Below are positions 9,301-14,006 of a stretch of DNA of 14,006 nt, in pieces (position 1 is the first letter of the stretch; every line of letters begins with the position of its first letter). The DNA lies in NCBI GenBank assembly GCA_041742355.1, contig JBGSIV010000232.1:1-14006 (forward strand), given 5' to 3'. The translations under genes and the position numbers were made by a program. The notes under the pieces are model-generated. The model saw only the letters and a list, made by a program, of their open reading frames with translations, had not been told where the DNA came from and ran no database searches. The stretch comes from Candidatus Zixiibacteriota bacterium. GTDB taxonomy: Bacteria > Zixibacteria > MSB-5A5 > GN15 > FEB-12.

Positions 9301-10140
9301 CTATCTGTACTCGGGCAGAACATCGAACTCAACATGGAATGTATCTGGCGGTGCCTGCAGAGAAACACCTGCGGTGTCAGCTATCTCTGCAACTGTCAGG
9401 CGGTAGTGCCCTGGTTTAAGAAGTTCGGCTGACACGGTAACCAGGAACGGCAGTTGATGAGGTTGATCCTTGCTGACCTGCAGGCGATTTCCTGCCGCAT
9501 CCTGCAGGATCAGGTCATAGTGGCCGGACTCTCGGGTCGGAAGTAGGAACTCCAGTTCGTACGCATCGAGATCGGGATCGACCACGAAACTGGTGCTCTG
9601 GCGGCCCGCCCGTTCCGATGCCGCAGAGAGCGCTACGCGGGCAACCGAAGGCGCCGATGGTCCAGACAGCTTGCTGCCCCAATAGGCCGAGGCTGCCAAA
9701 ACGAGCACAAGTCCGGCGGCAGCGGCAGCCCAACGCACCGTCGATCCAAACATCCACTCCCGGGCGCTCTGCAGTAAGGTAGCTCGTCCTGCGACGGCCG
9801 GTTCCTCCAGGAACCTCATGGACTCTCTGCTCGTCTGGACTTCGATTCGGCACTCGGGGCAATCCGTCAAGTGGCGCTCGATCTTGTCTCGTTCATTGCT
9901 GTCCAAGGTTTTGATATCGACGGCATAGGTTGCCAGGAGGTCCGAGTCCGGATGGCCGATGGCCAGGCCCTCCGCCGCAGCCAGTCCGACTGACAGCATT
10001 CGCCCCTCATCGACTTCTGAACGGATGGTCTCACTCTCCTGAACGGCACGCTCGAACATCTCCCGCTCTTTCGCGGAGAGGCTTCCGGCCAGATAAGCCG
10101 GAATTTGATCGCGGAACCGGTTGAGATGCTGTTCGTCCAA
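9301..10140 (-). CDS. Membrane-anchored anti-sigma factor with zf-HC2 (ZAS) zinc finger and extracytoplasmic beta-rich C-terminal domain
   Basis: TTG start 6 nt after SD AAGGAG; HPDSDLLATY...ERHLTDCPECR (H...HxxxCxxC); single TM helix WAAAAAGLVLVLAASAYW; lies directly downstream of an ECF sigma gene. Confidence 0.85.
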   Translation of the reverse strand: MDEQHLNRFRDQIPAYLAGSLSAKEREMFERAVQESETIRSEVDEGRMLSVGLAAAEGLAIGHPDSDLLATYAVDIKTLDSNERDKIERHLTDCPECRIEVQTSRESMRFLEEPAVAGRATLLQSAREWMFGSTVRWAAAAAGLVLVLAASAYWGSKLSGPSAPSVARVALSAASERAGRQSTSFVVDPDLDAYELEFLLPTRESGHYDLILQDAAGNRLQVSKDQPHQLPFLVTVSAELLKPGHYRLTVAEIADTAGVSLQAPPDTFHVEFDVLPEYR

Positions 10141-10162
10141 GGCATTCTCCTTTGCTTTGCCT

Positions 10163-10190
10163 ACTGGCGAAGCAAGGTCACAGACGTTTG
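10163..10190 (-). promoter_or_regulatory. Putative ECF-dependent promoter (copy A) for the anti-sigma and CHAT genes
   Basis: Minus strand CAAAC-gtctgtgaccttgct-TCGCC-a-GT; overlaps the last codons of the sigma gene and ends 22 nt before the anti-sigma TTG. Confidence 0.7.
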
Positions 10191-10744
10191 TCGGGAATCA
10201 GGAGTTTCTCACGGATGCTCTTTGCTTCCTCGCGGCATTCCCAAAGGCGTCGGCGCACCCGATCTTCCTTCTTCTGAATGACTTGCCCGATCTCTCCGCA
10301 AGTGAGCCCATCCCGATAGTGCATCCGCAACAACTTAATGCACTCCGCCGGCAGCCGACGTACCACCCGCCAGAGCAACCGGTGCAACTGTTTGCGCTCC
10401 AACGCCTGTTCGGGATTCGGCAACTTCGCCGGGAGGAGTTCGAACACGGCATCCCCGTCACCATCGACAAACCGTCGGTTATACCGGAGGTAGTCAATTG
10501 CCGTGTGGCTGACAATGCGCGCGATGTATGTCCGCAAAGAAGCATCGTTCCGAAACTGCTCCCGACACAGAGCCACCCGCAGCTCTTCAGAAGCGTCCGA
10601 CCGGACATCATCAGCCTGGTAGCCCAGCCGGTCACGCCACGGGCTCAGGGCTCTCTCAATATATATGGTAGTCCGACGTACCGCTTCCGGTTCGCCTCGG
10701 ATAAATCCGTCTACAATACCACTATCAGGATAACTCCCTGCCAC
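10178..10744 (-). CDS. ECF-type (sigma-70 family) RNA polymerase sigma factor
   Basis: 188 aa; region 2 ADDVRSDA...FRNDASLRTYIARIVSHTAIDYLR; region 4 RLPAECIKLLRMHYRDGLTCGEIGQVIQKKEDRVRRRLWECR. GTG start with an in-frame TAA just upstream; no clear SD. Confidence 0.92.
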   Translation of the reverse strand: MAGSYPDSGIVDGFIRGEPEAVRRTTIYIERALSPWRDRLGYQADDVRSDASEELRVALCREQFRNDASLRTYIARIVSHTAIDYLRYNRRFVDGDGDAVFELLPAKLPNPEQALERKQLHRLLWRVVRRLPAECIKLLRMHYRDGLTCGEIGQVIQKKEDRVRRRLWECREEAKSIREKLLIPDKRL

Positions 10745-10776
10745 ATCACGAATTTATCCGATTCTGCAGTTTTTGG

Positions 10777-10804
10777 CAAACGATTTATCCGGCCAATCGC
10801 CCGT
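10777..10804 (+). promoter_or_regulatory. Putative ECF-dependent promoter (copy B)
   Basis: CAAAC-gatttatccggccaa-TCGCC-c-GT, ending 58 nt before ATG 10863. Confidence 0.7.
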
Positions 10805-10862
10805 TAGGCAGAAGGAACCAATAACGTTCACTCGAAATGAACCGCAACGGAGGTAAACAGTC

Positions 10863-11321
10863 ATGAAGAGCAAGTCACTTAAGCAGTTCGCCGGCGCCTT
10901 GGCGCTACTGGCCTTCAGCACGATGATCTTCGCGCCCGAACCCGCCGAGGCCAAGTGGCGCGACAGCAGCGATGAGCTGCCCGGGATGGATTCGAACGTC
11001 GGCACCTACCTCGCTGTCGGCGCCGGTTTGATCGCCCTGATCGGCATTGTTGCCCTCGTCAAACACAGCGGCAAGGACGACACGCCGACCCCTGCCGACA
11101 GTGCTTTGGCGACTCCGGCTGACACTGCCGCCGCGGCCGGCGATGCTGTCGAGCAATCGGAAACGCAGGAAAGAGGCATCTCAAGTGTGTTCGAAACCGA
11201 GCCCGCCCCGAGGCTTGGCCTCTACCTGGGGACTCTGCCCGCGGAAACCAGCGGAACCTCGCGGGCCTTCTCGGATCTCTCCAGAGTCGGCGTGAAGGTT
11301 GGCCTGTCGCTCAATTTCTAA
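10863..11321 (+). CDS. Small exported hypothetical protein: signal peptide, hydrophobic Gly-rich helix, low-complexity linker, C-terminal beta-strands ending in Phe
   Basis: SD GGAGGT; MKSKSLKQFAGALALLAFSTMIFAPEPAEA-K signal peptide; YLAVGAGLIALIGIVALV; C-terminus VGVKVGLSLNF. Confidence 0.8.
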   Translation: MKSKSLKQFAGALALLAFSTMIFAPEPAEAKWRDSSDELPGMDSNVGTYLAVGAGLIALIGIVALVKHSGKDDTPTPADSALATPADTAAAAGDAVEQSETQERGISSVFETEPAPRLGLYLGTLPAETSGTSRAFSDLSRVGVKVGLSLNF

Positions 11322-11347
11322 TTCCCCGTCGACTCTCTGCTACATGG

Positions 11348-11381
11348 CCCCCCGACGACTACGCCGGGGGGTTCACTTTTT
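11348..11381 (+). terminator. Rho-independent terminator
   Basis: Stem CCCCCCG (11348-11354) / CGGGGGG (11365-11371) followed by TTCACTTTTT, just after the stop at 11321. Confidence 0.65.
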
Positions 11382-11383
11382 CA

Positions 11384-11411
11384 CAAACCTTTCCCGGCCG
11401 TGTTCGCCAGT
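11384..11411 (+). promoter_or_regulatory. Putative ECF-dependent promoter (copy C)
   Basis: CAAAC-ctttcccggccgtgt-TCGCC-a-GT, immediately after the terminator and 53 nt before ATG 11465. Confidence 0.7.
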
Positions 11412-11464
11412 TCGGAAACAGCGTGATTCTAAACAGATCTTACAGAATACGGAGAACAACGATC

Positions 11465-12577
11465 ATGAGTCCACGCAATGTGATTATCCTCACGAGTGCG
11501 GTTCTCATCGCGCTCTGCTGCGGCTGCAGCGATGAATCCAACAACAAGATCACTCAGCCGAACCACCCCCCCTCAATATCGGGCATCGACCCGGCTCGAT
11601 CCGATGGTGTGCCCATCTTCTTTCCCCTCGATACCGTTATCACCGGCCAGGAACTGCTCCTCACCTGCGAGATCGACGGTGCCGACAGTGATGATCTCAC
11701 CTTCTTCTGGCAGGCCGACGCGGGCGAATTCCGGCGCAACGACAGCATGTGTGTATATTGGACCGCTCCCGACACAGCCGGCTGCGTTCACATTACGGTC
11801 ACGGTTTCCAACGGTCTTGAGACGGCCTCTGATTCGCTGACCATCACCGTTTTCGAGCCTCAGCCGGTGCCGCCGCCGGCAGTCGGCTTGATTGCCCCGG
11901 TCGAAAACGCGGTAATGGACAACGGCTGTTACTCCCAGACCGACTACATCACCTGGGATTTCACATGGCGCCCTGTGCCGGGTGCAACCCGGTACCACCT
12001 GCACGTTTGGCATGTCGGTTCCATTTACCCGGTGGTAGATAACGAAGACCTCTATGACACGTCTTACTTGTACAACCACATCGGCTACATTGCTGCCGGC
12101 AACGCAACCGATTGGCGCTGGCGGGTCCGGGCATTGATTAACGGCCAGTGGTCGGAATGGTCCGAAGAACGCAGCTTCTCGGCCGAACCGCCCAACACTG
12201 ATTGTGCCGAACCGGATCCCGATCCTGATCCAGCCCCGAGCCCTGTTACGCTGCTTGAACCAACGCCCGGCCAGGTCCTTGACAACAGCTGCTATGGCGG
12301 GGCTGACCCGATGGAGTGGTATTTCCGCTGGACGCCGGTGGAAGGGGCAACACAGTACCACCTCCACGTTATGGGTCGCACCGCAATCTATCCGCTGGTC
12401 GACAACGCTTACCTCACTCAGGCCGAATACCATTGGAACGGCACCGGCGGGTACATTGTCGACGGCAACCGGCTCGGCTGGACTTGGAAGGTGCGCGCGC
12501 TGGTTGACGGCGTATGGACTGATTGGGCGGTCGGATCTTTCGATGTCGAGCCGCTCGGGACCGATTGCCGGCCCTGA
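11465..12577 (+). CDS. Lipoprotein with one PKD/Ig-like domain and two tandem FN3-like repeats
   Basis: SD GGAG then ATG 11465 (in frame with track ORF 11423). MSPRNVIILTSAVLIALCCG-C lipoprotein signal; NHPPSI...LTFFWQADAG...WTAPDTAG..ITVTVSNG (Ig/PKD-like); two repeats with W.PV.GAT.YHLHV...W.W.VRAL..G.W..W. Confidence 0.85.
   Translation: MSPRNVIILTSAVLIALCCGCSDESNNKITQPNHPPSISGIDPARSDGVPIFFPLDTVITGQELLLTCEIDGADSDDLTFFWQADAGEFRRNDSMCVYWTAPDTAGCVHITVTVSNGLETASDSLTITVFEPQPVPPPAVGLIAPVENAVMDNGCYSQTDYITWDFTWRPVPGATRYHLHVWHVGSIYPVVDNEDLYDTSYLYNHIGYIAAGNATDWRWRVRALINGQWSEWSEERSFSAEPPNTDCAEPDPDPDPAPSPVTLLEPTPGQVLDNSCYGGADPMEWYFRWTPVEGATQYHLHVMGRTAIYPLVDNAYLTQAEYHWNGTGGYIVDGNRLGWTWKVRALVDGVWTDWAVGSFDVEPLGTDCRP
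11882..12568 (+). repeat. Two intragenic ~108-aa repeats (11882-12205 and 12245-12568) joined by an EPDPDPDPAPSP linker
   Basis: DNGCY...WRPVPGATRYHLHV...IYPVVDN...WRWRVRAL...EPPNTDC versus DNSCY...WTPVEGATQYHLHV...IYPLVDN...WTWKVRAL...EPLGTDC. Confidence 0.9.
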
Positions 12578-12607
12578 CGAATGCTCTCGGGGGCGACAGC
12601 GGGGGAA

Positions 12608-12649
12608 GGACGAAGGGGAGGATCTTCCCCTTCGTCCGCCATTTTATTT
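12608..12649 (+). terminator. Rho-independent terminator
   Basis: 12-bp stem GGACGAAGGGGA / TCCCCTTCGTCC (12608-12637) followed by GCCATTTTATTT. Confidence 0.7.
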
Positions 12650-12813
12650 CGGCGCTCTCTTTGTTGGGAGGACCAGCACCGGTCCGAAGCATCTCTCCCT
12701 GCTTGCACCTTGGCGCCAGGCAGGTCGTCATTCACCAACCCACGGGCCGGCGGGGCATTCGGAAATCTTCAGTTCTGAATCCGCCGAATTCTGAGGAAGG
12801 CCCAAGTTCCCGG

Positions 12814-12841
12814 CAAACGAATGCTCCTCCCGTTCGCCTGT
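12814..12841 (+). promoter_or_regulatory. Putative ECF-dependent promoter (copy D)
   Basis: CAAAC-gaatgctcctcccgt-TCGCC-t-GT, upstream of SD AAGGAG/ATG 12879 and of the gene at 13020. Confidence 0.65.
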
Positions 12842-12905
12842 GGAGAAAGACGGGACTTGTAGACAAGGAGAAGGAGCTATGCAACGTAGATTTTTAACGC
12901 GACTA

Positions 12906-12933
12906 TTGACACGGACTAACGGTGTGTTATCTT
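12906..12933 (+). promoter_or_regulatory. Putative housekeeping sigma-70 promoter
   Basis: TTGACA (12906-12911), 16-nt spacer, TATCTT (12928-12933) with an extended -10 TG at 12925-12926, in a locally AT-rich stretch. Confidence 0.55.
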
Positions 12934-13019
12934 GGTGCAGTTCACATGAATGTAGGGTAATCATCGGAAAAGTGATATCGCTGTCCTGTCGAGGGATAAG
13001 CGCAGAGGAGAGGTCGATT

Positions 13020-14006
13020 ATGTTGACGCAGGGTGCGGGGGTGTTCCCCCGTGTTGTCTCGTGGGTACTGGCGCTGCTGTGCGCGGCGCTGCTGTTCGGA
13101 TCCACTGCCTCCGCCCAGGTGGACACGGCGTGGATACAAGATTTTGAGGGGGGATGGGGATGCTGGTACGCGGATGCGGGTGTCTGGGAAGTTGGGGTAC
13201 CGACCTCAGGGCCTGGATCCGCTCACAGCGGGACTATGTGCGCTGGCACGGTTCTCGGAGGTACATATCCCGATAATGCCAATTCGCGTTTAATACGATG
13301 CTCCTTCACCGTTCCCCCGGTCGATCAGTCCCCCCGGCTGCGTTTCTGGCACTGGTTCGCCACCTACAACGGCGGCGATTATGGGGCCGTGCAATTGAAA
13401 GCCGCTGGGGCCACCACCTGGCAGACCATATCCCCTTCCTACTACTACCACTGCGGGGGTTGGACCCGCGCTCTCATTGACCTGTCCCCCTGGGCCGGAC
13501 AGAGCGTCCAAATTGCTTTCCTCTTCCACTCCGATGGCGGGGGTGGGGCGAGCGGCTGGTACGTCGATGAGGTCGTCGTGGAGACCGGGGACCTGCACCC
13601 CGATCTGGCGAGCGAGCCGGAGGACTTCGAGTTCGGGCTCAACGAGTGGAGTGCGACCCGGGGTCTGTGGCAAGTGGGTGTTCCGACCGGAGGGCCGGGA
13701 GCGGCCCACAGCGGGACTATGTGCGCCGGGACGGTCCTGGCGGGCAACTACCCTGATGCTGTCAGTTCGTCGCTGGTGAGCCCGGCGTTCACCGTTCCCG
13801 CAGCCGATCAGAACCCCCGTCTGCGTTTCTGGCACTGGTTCGCCACCTACAACGGCGGCGACTTCGGGTTTGTGCAGCTGAAGGCGGCGGACTCGACGTC
13901 TTGGCAGACAATCTCCCCCTCTGCCGGCTACTACTACTACTCTGGGGGTTGGACCCGCTCTCTCATTGACCTGTCCCCGTGGGCCGGACAGACAGTTCAG
14001 CTTGCC
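13020..14006 (+). CDS. Secreted protein with tandem cleaved-adhesin / choice-of-anchor J / MAM-like beta-sandwich domains; 3' end lies outside the window
   Basis: Translated by hand, open to the window edge: MLTQGAGVFPRVVSWVLALLCAALLFGSTASA-QVDTAWIQDFEGGWG...WEVGVPTSGPGSAHSGTMCAGT...PRLRFWHWF...GDYGAVQ...GWTRALIDLSPWAGQSVQIAFLFHSDG...GWYVDEVVV. SD GAGGAGAGG. An in-frame upstream ATG exists at 12879. Confidence 0.85.
   Translation, partial: MLTQGAGVFPRVVSWVLALLCAALLFGSTASAQVDTAWIQDFEGGWGCWYADAGVWEVGVPTSGPGSAHSGTMCAGTVLGGTYPDNANSRLIRCSFTVPPVDQSPRLRFWHWFATYNGGDYGAVQLKAAGATTWQTISPSYYYHCGGWTRALIDLSPWAGQSVQIAFLFHSDGGGGASGWYVDEVVVETGDLHPDLASEPEDFEFGLNEWSATRGLWQVGVPTGGPGAAHSGTMCAGTVLAGNYPDAVSSSLVSPAFTVPAADQNPRLRFWHWFATYNGGDFGFVQLKAADSTSWQTISPSAGYYYYSGGWTRSLIDLSPWAGQTVQLA
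13140..14006 (+). repeat. Intragenic tandem repeat with a 483-nt (161-aa) period, at least two units
   Basis: DFE motif codons at 13140 and 13623; identical 41-nt block at 13338-13378 and 13821-13861. Confidence 0.92.

Noticed and set aside
6477..10744. Type III-E CRISPR (Craspase) locus
   Set aside because: TPR-CHAT and a sigma factor are present, but there is no Cas7-11, no recognisable Csx30/Csx31 and no repeat-spacer array in the window.
10121..10807. 228-aa plus-strand ORF
   Set aside because: Antisense to the ECF sigma gene; no SD or motifs.
11423..11464. Track start (GTG 11423) for the lipoprotein
   Set aside because: ATG 11465 follows the GGAG SD and gives a normal lipoprotein signal length.
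12204..13293. Assorted short ORFs over the lipoprotein end and the following intergenic region
   Set aside because: They overlap real genes, the terminator or promoters and lack SD sites and protein-like composition.
13338..13861. 41-nt direct repeat as a CRISPR repeat or DGR template/variable pair
   Set aside because: Both copies are in frame within one gene at a 483-nt domain period; no adenine-specific mismatch pattern and no reverse transcriptase in the window.

Overview
GC-rich bacterial chromosomal window. The left part (1-6170) looks like core genome: the 5' part of a stand-alone 1-pyrroline-5-carboxylate dehydrogenase gene (pruA, minus strand, cut by the window edge), a divergent multidomain signalling protein (MshEN/T2SSE_N-like, pseudo-receiver, degenerate HD-GYP-like, pseudo-receiver, DUF4388) and a PocR-PAS hybrid histidine kinase. 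The right part (about 6300-14006) holds a minus-strand trio of an ECF sigma factor, a membrane-anchored zinc-finger anti-sigma factor and a probably lipoprotein-type TPR-CHAT (caspase-like) protease. This trio is divergent from three genes for exported proteins. The main observation is a bipartite motif, CAAAC-N15-TCGCCnGT, found four times with identical spacing: once upstream of each exported-protein gene and once on the minus strand upstream of the anti-sigma/CHAT pair. I infer a self-contained ECF regulon controlled by an extracytoplasmic caspase-like protease, with no CRISPR-Cas link visible in the window. A 15-nt tRNA-3'-end-like sequence at the left edge of this block may mark an island boundary. 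All domain calls come from reading motifs by eye; no database searches were run.
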